A DNA stretch of 62,998 nt. It comes from Bacilli bacterium (GTDB lineage Bacteria > Bacillota_I > Bacilli_A > RFN20 > CAG-826). Positions 16,964 through 24,845 of the stretch are shown here, one piece after another; position 1 is the first letter of the stretch, and every line of letters starts with the position of its first letter. Position numbers and translations under genes: made by a program. The stretch is taken from contig JAFXWB010000002.1 in NCBI GenBank assembly GCA_017534425.1, forward strand, positions 1 through 62,998. Reading direction: 5' to 3'. Under the pieces are notes generated by a model that saw nothing but the letters and a program-made list of their open reading frames with translations, did not search any database and had not been told where the DNA came from.

Positions 16964-17941
16964 ATGAGTTTTGATTTGTATTTAGCATCGGCTGATGATG
17001 CTAAAATAATTGATTATATGTATGAAAATGACTATCCCTTGTTGTATAGTCAGTTGAATAACAGAAATTACATTTTAAAACACTTTGCTGCGCAAGAACA
17101 AAATATAACGCATGGTAAGTTGTTAGTTGATAGCGGTGCGCATTCTGCACATACTAAAGGCGTTAAACTTGATTTAGAAGAGTATATTGGTTTTGTAAAT
17201 GACAATATTGATAAAATGTCTTTATATGTACAAGTAGATAAAATTCCTGGTGTATATCGTAAACCAAAAACTGCAAAAGATTGGCTTGAAGCACCACAAT
17301 TAAGTTGGGAAAATTATTTGTATATGAAGGAAAAATCAAAGGACTGGACTAAACTTGTTCCTGTATTTCATCAAGGAGAGGATTATAAGTGGTTGGAAAA
17401 CTTGTGTGATTATGAGTTTTCAGACGGAAGTCATATACCATATATCGGACTTTCTCCTCGTGGTGATGTATCACTACAAGCTAAATATGATTTTTGTGCT
17501 AAGTGTTTTGCGGTAATTCAGAAAAGTAAAAACCCTAAAGTAAAAACTCATGCATTTGGAGCAACAAGTTTATCAATGTTGGAACGTTTACCATTTACAT
17601 CAGCAGATAGTACAACATGGGTACTTGTATCAGCATTTGGACAGGTGTGGATACCAACAGGAATAACAGGTGAAAGTGTTGATGATACAGTTGGAGTTAA
17701 ATTAGGGGTAAGTAAAGAAAACATAAATCATCAGACTGCAACATGGACATATTGGGAACAAAAACCTGAAATAAAAAAGAAGTTAGACGATTATTTTGAA
17801 AGTATTGGAACTAATATTGAAAAATTGTCTGAAAGTCATTCAGAGCGTAGTTTAGCCAGTGCTAAGTTTTGTCAAAATTGGGCTAAAAATTATCAATATA
17901 AAGGATTAGAAAAATTTACAAGTGTTAAGTCATTATTTTAA
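16964..17941 (+). CDS. dpdA: DpdA-like (TGT-fold) 7-deazaguanine DNA transglycosylase candidate
   Basis: 325 aa, SD AAGGAGG. The motifs LLVDSGAHSAH, VPVFHQGEDYKWLE, YIGLSPRG, THAFGATS and FTSADSTTW match the pattern of phage DpdA / archaeosine-TGT-like proteins. Confidence 0.6.
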   Translation: MSFDLYLASADDAKIIDYMYENDYPLLYSQLNNRNYILKHFAAQEQNITHGKLLVDSGAHSAHTKGVKLDLEEYIGFVNDNIDKMSLYVQVDKIPGVYRKPKTAKDWLEAPQLSWENYLYMKEKSKDWTKLVPVFHQGEDYKWLENLCDYEFSDGSHIPYIGLSPRGDVSLQAKYDFCAKCFAVIQKSKNPKVKTHAFGATSLSMLERLPFTSADSTTWVLVSAFGQVWIPTGITGESVDDTVGVKLGVSKENINHQTATWTYWEQKPEIKKKLDDYFESIGTNIEKLSESHSERSLASAKFCQNWAKNYQYKGLEKFTSVKSLF

Positions 17942-17950
17942 GGAGGAATT

Positions 17951-18574
17951 ATGATTTTATTTTTAGGAGACAGCTTAACGGAAGGCAGTAATAGCAAATT
18001 TTCATTTACTGATTATTTACCACCTGAGTATGAAATATTTAACTTAGGTGTAAGTGGAACTACAATTGGTGAATATTCTATATACCCTGTTGATGGTAAC
18101 AGTTTATTAGGTGTTATTGGAACTCATGGTGATTTGATACAGAGCGCAGATGAAATATTTATTGAATATGGTAGTAATGATGTATCAGCAATAATGTGTG
18201 GTTTTGCTACAATTCAAACTGTAATTGTGTCTTTTGTAAAAGCAATCGATTGGATAAAACAGTTAAATCCAAATGTTAGAATTCATTTTTTAGCATTTGG
18301 GGAAAGTGATAATATAATTTTAAGTCGTGGGATAAATATGTGTAATTACTTAGAAAAAGATTATTTTAGTAAATTTGATTTTAAATTTCCTGTAAGTATG
18401 TATGTAAGTACTTATAAAAAACTTATCTCACATATCAGTAAAGTCTGCGATATAATGTATATGTTTGACGATGAAATGATAAAAGATGAATTTTTGTCTG
18501 ACGATAATATTCACCCAAATGAAATCGGTCATGAGAGAATTGCTAAAAATATATTGAAACAAATTAGGGCTTAA
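17951..18574 (+). CDS. SGNH/GDSL-family hydrolase
   Basis: Block I FLGDSLTEG, block III YGSNDV, block V DDNIHPN. Confidence 0.75.
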   Translation: MILFLGDSLTEGSNSKFSFTDYLPPEYEIFNLGVSGTTIGEYSIYPVDGNSLLGVIGTHGDLIQSADEIFIEYGSNDVSAIMCGFATIQTVIVSFVKAIDWIKQLNPNVRIHFLAFGESDNIILSRGINMCNYLEKDYFSKFDFKFPVSMYVSTYKKLISHISKVCDIMYMFDDEMIKDEFLSDDNIHPNEIGHERIAKNILKQIRA

Positions 18575-18610
18575 CTTCATTTCCCTATTTGCATAATAAA
18601 ACTAAGGAGG
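18565..18610 (+). promoter_or_regulatory. Candidate preQ1-I-like riboswitch / translational leader of the YhhQ gene
   Basis: P1 UAGGG/CCCUA (18565-69 / 18583-87). Loop CUUA can pair with UAAG in the tail. The tail ...AAUAAAACUAAGGAGG resembles the canonical preQ1-I 3' tail and contains the SD. The tail is about 5 nt longer than typical. Confidence 0.3.
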
Positions 18611-18618
18611 ATAATTAA

Positions 18619-19299
18619 ATGAAGCAAAAACTAAAAAAGTATGAGGTGATGGCTTATTTCATGGCGGTGTATTGTACATTTACAGTTGTACAAAACCTCT
18701 TTGAAATGAAAACACTAGGAACAGACGCATTTGCGTTTGGTGGTGGTGGTGGTTTATTATCATGGGCAACATTTATGATAATAGATATTTCAACTGAATT
18801 GTTTGGTAAGAAAGATACAATCAAGTTGTACACTTTCGCAGGATTATTAAATTTATTTATTGTGGTAATTGCTCAAGTAATTATAGCATTACCGGGAGTA
18901 TATCCTGAACAAAACGAAGCATTTAGACTGATATTTAGTAATGGTATAAGAACAGCCTTTTCATCATTCGCAGCATTTTGGGTTGGTAATTTCATCAATA
19001 TGACTGTTATGATTAAGATGAAAGAACAAGCAGGTGAGCATGACAATAAATTCTTATTGTTTGTACGTGCGGTATTATCTACAATAGTTGGACAGTTTGT
19101 TGATAACTTTACATTTGCTACACTTGCATTTGCACCTATTGGTATTTCAGCATTTGAAATGACTTGGAAAGCAATATTTACATCATCATGTTTTGGAACA
19201 TTTATGGAAACTGTAAATGAAAGTATCTTTGTTCCATTTATTACAATTCCCTCTATTACAAAACTTAAGGGAAGATTTGAAGAGGAGCAAGTAGCATGA
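18619..19299 (+). CDS. yhhQ: YhhQ/VUT-family queuosine-precursor (7-deazapurine) transporter
   Basis: 226 aa, multi-TM. VRAVLSTIVGQFVDNFTFATLAF and the overall DUF165-like layout. Confidence 0.7.
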   Translation: MKQKLKKYEVMAYFMAVYCTFTVVQNLFEMKTLGTDAFAFGGGGGLLSWATFMIIDISTELFGKKDTIKLYTFAGLLNLFIVVIAQVIIALPGVYPEQNEAFRLIFSNGIRTAFSSFAAFWVGNFINMTVMIKMKEQAGEHDNKFLLFVRAVLSTIVGQFVDNFTFATLAFAPIGISAFEMTWKAIFTSSCFGTFMETVNESIFVPFITIPSITKLKGRFEEEQVA

Positions 19300-19856
19300 G
19301 TACAAAAACAAAGGTATTAACTACAATTGCATTGTCGGTGGCTATAAACATTGTTGGTAGTAAAATATCCTTGTTTTTAAGTTTACCGATATTTTTAGAT
19401 AGTATTGGTACAATTTTAGCTGGTGCTACGTTGGGACCGATAGCTGGATTAGTAACTGCATTGGTTGGTGGATTAGTAAATGGTGTATTGGGTGATATAT
19501 ATTCAATATATTTTGCACCCTCAGGAATGATAATGGGTTTACTTGCAGGTGTGGTATTATACCATAAAAAAGTTACAAAACTATCTGTAATATGGAAAAC
19601 TGCTTTAATTTCAGTACCGGCATCTTTTGTATCAGCACTTATTTCTACATATGTTTTTGGTGGTATTACATCAGCACTTCTTACAACAACTATTATTCAA
19701 GGGTTATCAAAAACTGTAATGGATTTATTTACAAGTGCTTTTGTAACACAAACATTAACTGATTATGTAGATAAACTTATTGCTGTGGTTTTAACACTTG
19801 TAATAATAAAACGTATACCACGTGGTATGTTGTATTTTGCTGATAACAAGCAATGA
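19296..19856 (+). CDS. ECF-transporter S-component-like membrane protein (QueT/QrtT-like by context)
   Basis: 186 aa, 5-6 TM. LDSIGTILAGATLGPIAGLVTALVGGLVNG is typical of ECF S components. Translationally coupled to yhhQ. Confidence 0.55.
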   Translation: MSTKTKVLTTIALSVAINIVGSKISLFLSLPIFLDSIGTILAGATLGPIAGLVTALVGGLVNGVLGDIYSIYFAPSGMIMGLLAGVVLYHKKVTKLSVIWKTALISVPASFVSALISTYVFGGITSALLTTTIIQGLSKTVMDLFTSAFVTQTLTDYVDKLIAVVLTLVIIKRIPRGMLYFADNKQ

Positions 19857-19885
19857 TTAAATGAGTATGTTATAAATTTACAAGA

Positions 19886-19926
19886 ATGCACTAATTACTA
19901 TATATTACGGTAGTTAGTGCATTTTT
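19886..19926 (+). terminator. Rho-independent terminator
   Basis: 12-bp stem TGCACTAATTAC / GTAGTTAGTGCA followed by TTTTT. Confidence 0.75.
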
Positions 19927-19936
19927 AAATTAGTCT

Positions 19937-19965
19937 TTGATATATTACATAGATTGTGATACAAT
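19937..19965 (+). promoter_or_regulatory. Family promoter P2
   Basis: TTGATA, 17-nt spacer ending in TAGATTGTGA, TACAAT (19960-19965). Confidence 0.55.
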
Positions 19966-20006
19966 ATAAATAGTTAAAAATAATATATTATTTTAAGGAT
20001 GTGTGT

Positions 20007-20183
20007 ATGAGTAAAAAAATTACTAATTTAGACAAACTACATGAAATGTTTCCTGATGTGCCATTTAATATTAATGGGTGCAAAGGGATTGATTGTAAAG
20101 AAGGTATTTGTCTTCACCGTAATGAATGTGAATGGAATAATTTTTGGTGCAAAGAATATAAAGGAGTAAACGGTAATGACTAA
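20007..20183 (+). CDS. Cys-rich small protein
   Basis: 58 aa from ATG 20007, with AAGGA 7 nt upstream. Six Cys residues. Confidence 0.5.
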   Translation: MSKKITNLDKLHEMFPDVPFNINGCKGIDCKEGICLHRNECEWNNFWCKEYKGVNGND

Positions 20184-20496
20184 AGTTTTAGAACCGTTAT
20201 ATTATTACAAGCTAAATGAAAGTACAGGCAAAATCATAAAAGTAAATATATTTAATTATGAAGAAGGAAGATTCACTAATTGTAGACGTTTTTATCGTTG
20301 GAAAAATAATAGTGGTATAACAATGTATTGCTATGAAAATGAAATTGATAAGGCAAAAGATTGGCGAGTATATACATTCAATAATAATGATGATTTTGCC
20401 AAACATATGTTGACAGAATATGTAAGAGCTAAATACACAAAATATGAAAGTGAAGCAAAACGTTATAAAAGGATTTTGAAATTATTGGAGGTATAA
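20176..20496 (+). CDS. Hypothetical protein
   Basis: 106-aa ORF with SD AAGGAG upstream. Confidence 0.55.
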   Translation: MTKVLEPLYYYKLNESTGKIIKVNIFNYEEGRFTNCRRFYRWKNNSGITMYCYENEIDKAKDWRVYTFNNNDDFAKHMLTEYVRAKYTKYESEAKRYKRILKLLEV

Positions 20497-20497
20497 A

Positions 20498-20860
20498 ATG
20501 ACAAGAGAAGAAGCCATAACAGTATTCAAAGCATTTATGGAAAATCCCTTATTTAGTGACGTACATAAAGCCGCCTTTAGTATCGCAATACATGACATTA
20601 AGCAACGTCACGATTGGGATATTAACAATTTGATTTTAATAAATAAAGATAATTATGAGCCATTAGAGCAAGAGCCAATTAAAGGACATTGGATATGTCA
20701 TATAAAACATTGTGAAATGAATAATTTAAGACCGAGTGGGTTAGGATGTTATTTTTGGTGTTCTAATTGTGATTGTGGTATTGATAGTAAGAATTTTAGT
20801 AGGGTGAATTATAACTATTGTCCTAACTGTGGTGCAGATATGAGAGAGGTAGAAGAATGA
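20498..20860 (+). CDS. Zinc-ribbon protein with EQEP-x-GHWI motif
   Basis: LEQEPIKGHWI followed by CSNCDCG...YCPNCGADM. Paralogous to the gene at 22103-22432. Confidence 0.6.
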   Translation: MTREEAITVFKAFMENPLFSDVHKAAFSIAIHDIKQRHDWDINNLILINKDNYEPLEQEPIKGHWICHIKHCEMNNLRPSGLGCYFWCSNCDCGIDSKNFSRVNYNYCPNCGADMREVEE

Positions 20861-21183
20861 CAAAACATGAGATAAGAGAGGTATTTATACATTCTATTGC
20901 AGAACAGTACGAAAATCATGGTGAGCGTATTCCTAGTTGGTTGCATATCGGAGATATTGAGTTTGAGGTAGAAGAACAAGAACCATTCAAGCCAATGGCT
21001 GAAATAGACCTTTATTCAGTTATCAAGCAAGAATACATTGAGCGTGAAATTCTCAACAAGATAAGAGCCGAGATTGAGTACACAATGAAATATCAATATG
21101 CTATTGGAGATGACCAATATGCAGAGGGATTTGAGAAAAGCCTAGAAATCATCGACAAGTACAAGGCAGAAAGTGAGGATTAA
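20857..21183 (+). CDS. Hypothetical protein
   Basis: 108-aa ORF. Its start lies within a junction-type sequence GAGGTAGAAGAATGA. Confidence 0.55.
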   Translation: MTKHEIREVFIHSIAEQYENHGERIPSWLHIGDIEFEVEEQEPFKPMAEIDLYSVIKQEYIEREILNKIRAEIEYTMKYQYAIGDDQYAEGFEKSLEIIDKYKAESED

Positions 21184-21483
21184 ATGGCAGATATAGAGTT
21201 AGTAATGAAAATATCAGAAGATTTTATTGATAAGATGGATTCGATTAAAGATGACAGGGAATTATCACGGGAACAGTTACTTACTGTGTACAGAGGATTT
21301 CATGCAATGTTACACCATGGCATACCACTTCCTAAAGGACATGGAAGATTAATTGATGAAAAAGAATTAAAGAAAGAAGCAATAAGATGTGAGTGGAGCA
21401 GGAATATGTATGACAAACTTGACTACACACTGTCTTACATGAAGCCAATCATAGAAGCAGATATTAGAGAGGTAAAAGAATGA
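21184..21483 (+). CDS. Hypothetical protein
   Basis: 99-aa ORF with SD GAGGA upstream. Confidence 0.55.
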   Translation: MADIELVMKISEDFIDKMDSIKDDRELSREQLLTVYRGFHAMLHHGIPLPKGHGRLIDEKELKKEAIRCEWSRNMYDKLDYTLSYMKPIIEADIREVKE

Positions 21484-21743
21484 CAAGAGAAGAAGCAATA
21501 GAATTTGGAAATATGTGGCTTCAAATAAATGAAGATTGTAAAGATAGTAGTACCTATGAATTTTTTCAAAAGGCAACTAAAGCCTTAGAGGAAGAAGCAG
21601 AACGTAAGCCAACAGGAACGTATGAGGAAATGATGACATTTCATCTTAGTGCAATTGCGGCAATACTTATAGATATATCCAAAAGCCTTGCGGTAATTGC
21701 TGACAAAGCAGAAAGTGAGGTAGAAGATGGCGAATGTAAATAA
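21480..21743 (+). CDS. Hypothetical protein
   Basis: 87-aa ORF with ATGA overlap. It ends ...AESEVEDGECK inside a junction repeat. Confidence 0.55.
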   Translation: MTREEAIEFGNMWLQINEDCKDSSTYEFFQKATKALEEEAERKPTGTYEEMMTFHLSAIAAILIDISKSLAVIADKAESEVEDGECK

Positions 21744-21933
21744 TGACGTAACAGTAACATTATCACAGGAGGATAAGGAACTACTGATAAAAGCTATTAA
21801 GACGTGTGAACAGATTGCAAAGAATTGTAATTATAATTGCGATATGTTCATTGATGCAGGAACAGTTTTTGCTGAAATCTTTGATGAATATAAGAATGGC
21901 GAACTTCCTACAGTAATACATTTATATGAGTGA
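21727..21933 (+). CDS. Hypothetical protein
   Basis: 68-aa ORF starting in the junction repeat AGTGAGGTAGAAGATGG. Confidence 0.55.
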   Translation: MANVNNDVTVTLSQEDKELLIKAIKTCEQIAKNCNYNCDMFIDAGTVFAEIFDEYKNGELPTVIHLYE

Positions 21934-21941
21934 GGTAGAAG

Positions 21942-22106
21942 ATGGGAATAATTAAGTTTGATGTAGATATTGGCAAATGGATATTACCCATAGCACTAGA
22001 ACTGAACTTGGTAGGGAATAACCATCGACCATATAACTTTATGATTAGGTTCTTATGTTTCAGTTTGATTATTTGTATTGATGAGGAAGCGAGGGATAAG
22101 GAATGA
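21942..22106 (+). CDS. Hypothetical 54-aa protein (below the ORF-track cutoff)
   Basis: ATG 21942 lies in a junction repeat: MGIIKFDVDIGKWILPIALELNLVGNNHRPYNFMIRFLCFSLIICIDEEARDKE. ATGA overlap with the next gene. Loosely resembles the 22926-23117 product. Confidence 0.45.
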   Translation: MGIIKFDVDIGKWILPIALELNLVGNNHRPYNFMIRFLCFSLIICIDEEARDKE

Positions 22107-22432
22107 GCGCAGAAGATATTGGTGATTATAAAGAATTTCCAACAAAAGAGTCGGCATTAGATTGGCTTGATAATTATTTAAGTCTTGATGAAAGAAACAA
22201 TCTTATAAGGGTATTAGAGCAAGAGCCAAAGACAGGGCATTGGATAGATACTAATAACCATCAATATTACAATGATGGAGATATTGAAACTACTGAACTA
22301 AAGTGTTCATGTTGTAATGAAGAAGTTGAATGGGATATAGAATTATTACATAAACCTTTTTTCTGTGAAAATTGCGGAGCAAAGATGGTTGAGCCACAGG
22401 AAAGTGAGGTAGAAAATGGGAATGACGATTGA
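22103..22432 (+). CDS. Zinc-ribbon protein with EQEP-x-GHWI motif
   Basis: LEQEPKTGHWI, CSCCNEE...FCENCGAKM. Ends ESEVENGNDD* in a junction repeat. Confidence 0.6.
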   Translation: MSAEDIGDYKEFPTKESALDWLDNYLSLDERNNLIRVLEQEPKTGHWIDTNNHQYYNDGDIETTELKCSCCNEEVEWDIELLHKPFFCENCGAKMVEPQESEVENGNDD

Positions 22433-22640
22433 TAAAACAATAGAATTTTTTAACGGATTAGAGTGCCATACTCCACAGGCTAAAGATGCAAGAGATGTGG
22501 CAGTTGACACCATGCGTAAGTATCAGAAGATTGAACAGATAGCTTTTCCTTTACAGTTTTGCACAACAGACAAACTAGAGCATGAAGCAATTATGAAAAT
22601 ATGCGAGGTATTAGAAGATGGGAATGACGGTAGGCAATAG
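22416..22640 (+). CDS. Hypothetical protein (MGMTID start)
   Basis: 74-aa ORF starting in a junction repeat. Confidence 0.55.
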   Translation: MGMTIDKTIEFFNGLECHTPQAKDARDVAVDTMRKYQKIEQIAFPLQFCTTDKLEHEAIMKICEVLEDGNDGRQ

Positions 22641-22836
22641 AATCACACTTGCTTTAAAAATGCGAGGTATATCACAAAAGGAATTAGCAAACAAAACACG
22701 AATGACAGAACAGACCATAAGTAGATACGTGCATGATGTTCGCACACCAAATGCAAAAGCAATAAAGATATTGTGCAAGGCTTTATGTGTAAGTGCTGAT
22801 TGGTTATTGGGAGTAGAAAATGGGAATGACGATTGA
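22618..22836 (+). CDS. XRE/Cro-type HTH transcriptional regulator
   Basis: LKMRGISQKELANKTRMTEQTISRYVHDVRTPNAKAIKILCKALCVSADWLLG. Confidence 0.7.
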   Translation: MGMTVGNRITLALKMRGISQKELANKTRMTEQTISRYVHDVRTPNAKAIKILCKALCVSADWLLGVENGNDD

Positions 22837-22933
22837 TACAGACCCAATATGTGAATCATGCAAGAAAGATTGGACTAAATGCGGTACTTGTCCTGTTATG
22901 ATGCAATGGGTAAAGGAGCATAAGCATGAATGA
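22820..22933 (+). CDS. 37-aa CxxC...CxxC mini-protein (below the ORF-track cutoff)
   Basis: MGMTIDTDPICESCKKDWTKCGTCPVMMQWVKEHKHE. It starts in a junction repeat and overlaps the next ATG. Confidence 0.45.
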   Translation: MGMTIDTDPICESCKKDWTKCGTCPVMMQWVKEHKHE

Positions 22934-23117
22934 TTTTGATTGGGGTAAGACCTTTGGTAGATTTTTTATCTCATTTATCATCAATGATGATTTCTTTGGA
23001 ATAGCAATTAGAATCGGAAAAGAGTATGCGGATGATGCAAGTTGTGGAGTTTTTCATTTAATAATACAGATAGGTTATGGACAATTTACCATAGGCATTG
23101 CAGAAAAGGAGTTGTGA
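22926..23117 (+). CDS. Hypothetical protein
   Basis: 63-aa ORF with SD AAGGAG upstream. Confidence 0.5.
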   Translation: MNDFDWGKTFGRFFISFIINDDFFGIAIRIGKEYADDASCGVFHLIIQIGYGQFTIGIAEKEL

Positions 23118-23119
23118 AG

Positions 23120-23266
23120 ATGGATGCAACAATTAACATATCAATGGGAACTAAAGACTATGAGTTTTACAATGTTCCCGAGAAAGTAGCAAAGGCAATA
23201 ATCACACTTCTGCATGAGTGTGAAAAAGATGATAGCACTATTGTTTCAGCTATCAGTGAGAGGTAG
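23120..23266 (+). CDS. Hypothetical 48-aa protein
   Basis: ATG 23120 lies 8 nt after AAAAGGAG. The track start at 23042 is unlikely. Confidence 0.5.
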   Translation: MDATINISMGTKDYEFYNVPEKVAKAIITLLHECEKDDSTIVSAISER

Positions 23267-23269
23267 AAG

Positions 23270-23530
23270 ATGGGAATGAGAACAATCATTATGCATCCAA
23301 CAGTTGAAAGAGCTACGCAAAATTGGTTACAGTTATGCAGAAATCACAAGTCTTTGATTAAAGAAGCAAAACGTAATCCTTTATCGGTCAAATTTATCAA
23401 TGGTGATATCTGGTACTTTAGAGGGGAAACAGAAGGTGCAAGGGCATACAAAGGTTATCATGCTGAAATGATTAGTGTTGATGATTTCCCGCTTGATGAC
23501 AAAATTGGTGAAGTTTTTGTAAAGGAGTAG
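23270..23530 (+). CDS. Hypothetical protein (MGM start)
   Basis: 86-aa ORF starting in a junction repeat. Confidence 0.55.
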   Translation: MGMRTIIMHPTVERATQNWLQLCRNHKSLIKEAKRNPLSVKFINGDIWYFRGETEGARAYKGYHAEMISVDDFPLDDKIGEVFVKE

Positions 23531-23533
23531 AAG

Positions 23534-23683
23534 ATGGGAATGACGATTGATATATCAGACGGGATGTTAGAATTGATGCTATACAAATTCAAAAAATGGC
23601 TTGGTTCAGTACCTAGAGAGTTACAGAACAGGCAGATTAAACATAAGCTGTATATGGAGGATGAAAATGGGAATGTCGATTGA
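23534..23683 (+). CDS. Hypothetical 49-aa protein (below the ORF-track cutoff)
   Basis: MGMTIDISDGMLELMLYKFKKWLGSVPRELQNRQIKHKLYMEDENGNVD. Both its start and its end lie in junction repeats. Confidence 0.45.
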   Translation: MGMTIDISDGMLELMLYKFKKWLGSVPRELQNRQIKHKLYMEDENGNVD

Positions 23684-23816
23684 GGAAGCAATAATAAGAT
23701 GCAAAAACAATGCCGAGTATGAGCGTACTCATGGTAATTTGCAAGGATGTTTAGAATTTAGACAGCTTGCGAAATGGTTAGAAGAGTTAAGGGCATATCT
23801 CAAATTGTTTAAGTAA
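23667..23816 (+). CDS. Hypothetical 49-aa protein (MGMSIE start)
   Basis: ATG 23667 lies in a junction repeat. The track start at 23601 is unlikely. Confidence 0.5.
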   Translation: MGMSIEEAIIRCKNNAEYERTHGNLQGCLEFRQLAKWLEELRAYLKLFK

Positions 23817-23830
23817 AAAGGAGTTAGAAG

Positions 23831-24148
23831 ATGAAAGTAGTCAGAGTAAATGATTTTGATATTCCGTCAGATGAAAATGATTATGACGAGTTAGTAGCTT
23901 TTGCAGACACAATGGCAAGTATTGAACAGTTTGAAGCAATCCCAAAAGACCAATACGAAGCAAGATTAAAGGCTGATATGGTGGCTATGCTTACAGAGAT
24001 ACAGTTGGAGATTGAAGACACTGGCGCATATGAGCAGGAAGTAAATGGGAAGACAGAGTATCTTAAAGGTATTAATTATGCTTATTCTGTTATCCAACAG
24101 AAAATCAATGAGTTAAAGGAGAATAAAGATGGCAGTAATAATAACTAA
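23831..24148 (+). CDS. Hypothetical acidic protein
   Basis: 105-aa ORF with SD AAGGAG upstream. Confidence 0.55.
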   Translation: MKVVRVNDFDIPSDENDYDELVAFADTMASIEQFEAIPKDQYEARLKADMVAMLTEIQLEIEDTGAYEQEVNGKTEYLKGINYAYSVIQQKINELKENKDGSNNN

Positions 24149-24431
24149 TATGGATATGCCTAAGAGTTGTTCTGATTGTAATCTTTGTTCATGTCAAAAA
24201 ATTGGACTATTTTATTGTGATATAACTACATCTTACATTGACATAGATAGTGAAGAACGTGATGCGGATTGTCCTCTTAAATCAACAGATGAAATCATCA
24301 AAGAATTTGGAAATGCTTCAAGCAACTATCCAGAAGATGATGATTATAACCAAGGCATTCATTACGGATTACATGTAGCGGAACAAATAATTGAGCATAT
24401 ATTGTACGGAGAGAACACAGATGAAAACTGA
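24129..24431 (+). CDS. Cys-rich hypothetical protein
   Basis: 100-aa ORF with SD AAGGAG. CSDCNLCSC...C motif. Confidence 0.55.
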   Translation: MAVIITNMDMPKSCSDCNLCSCQKIGLFYCDITTSYIDIDSEERDADCPLKSTDEIIKEFGNASSNYPEDDDYNQGIHYGLHVAEQIIEHILYGENTDEN

Positions 24432-24594
24432 TGACGCCTATACAAAAATAATTAACCAATTAGATGTGTTACACAGAGAAGTTTTAGCTATGATAAATTT
24501 ATTCCTTATTTCACAGGGAGTTGATGATACTGAACGAAATACATATTTAGGTACAATGATGAAAAAATGGGAAGATGAAAGGAAAAGATACTAA
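24421..24594 (+). CDS. Hypothetical 57-aa protein
   Basis: ATG 24421 lies 7 nt after GGAGAG. Confidence 0.45.
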   Translation: MKTDDAYTKIINQLDVLHREVLAMINLFLISQGVDDTERNTYLGTMMKKWEDERKRY

Positions 24595-24836
24595 TGAAAA
24601 TCAAAAGTATATTATCAATAATAGCATTAACCGTATTATTAACAGGCTGTAACAAACAGGTAGTGGATTTTAATTACACTTTTAACTATGCTATTATTCA
24701 GTTACCTAATGGAGAGATAGTTCAAGGATATGTTGAGTCGTGGACTGATTATGAGGATGGAGAACAGTTGCAGGTTAAGATAGACGGTGTAACATATCTC
24801 TGCTCTTCCTATAACTGTGTATTGATGCATAAGTGA
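24594..24836 (+). CDS. Lipoprotein
   Basis: The signal peptide MKIKSILSIIALTVLLTGC carries a lipobox LTGC. Confidence 0.65.
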   Translation: MKIKSILSIIALTVLLTGCNKQVVDFNYTFNYAIIQLPNGEIVQGYVESWTDYEDGEQLQVKIDGVTYLCSSYNCVLMHK

Positions 24837-24845
24837 GGAGAAGAA

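Noticed and set aside
22618-22836. The XRE-family HTH protein as a CI-type lysogeny repressor
   Set aside because: I recognised no integrase, excisionase-integrase pair, divergent cro-like gene or attP. The gene sits co-directionally within an array of early mini-genes, so it is more likely a lytic-cycle regulator.
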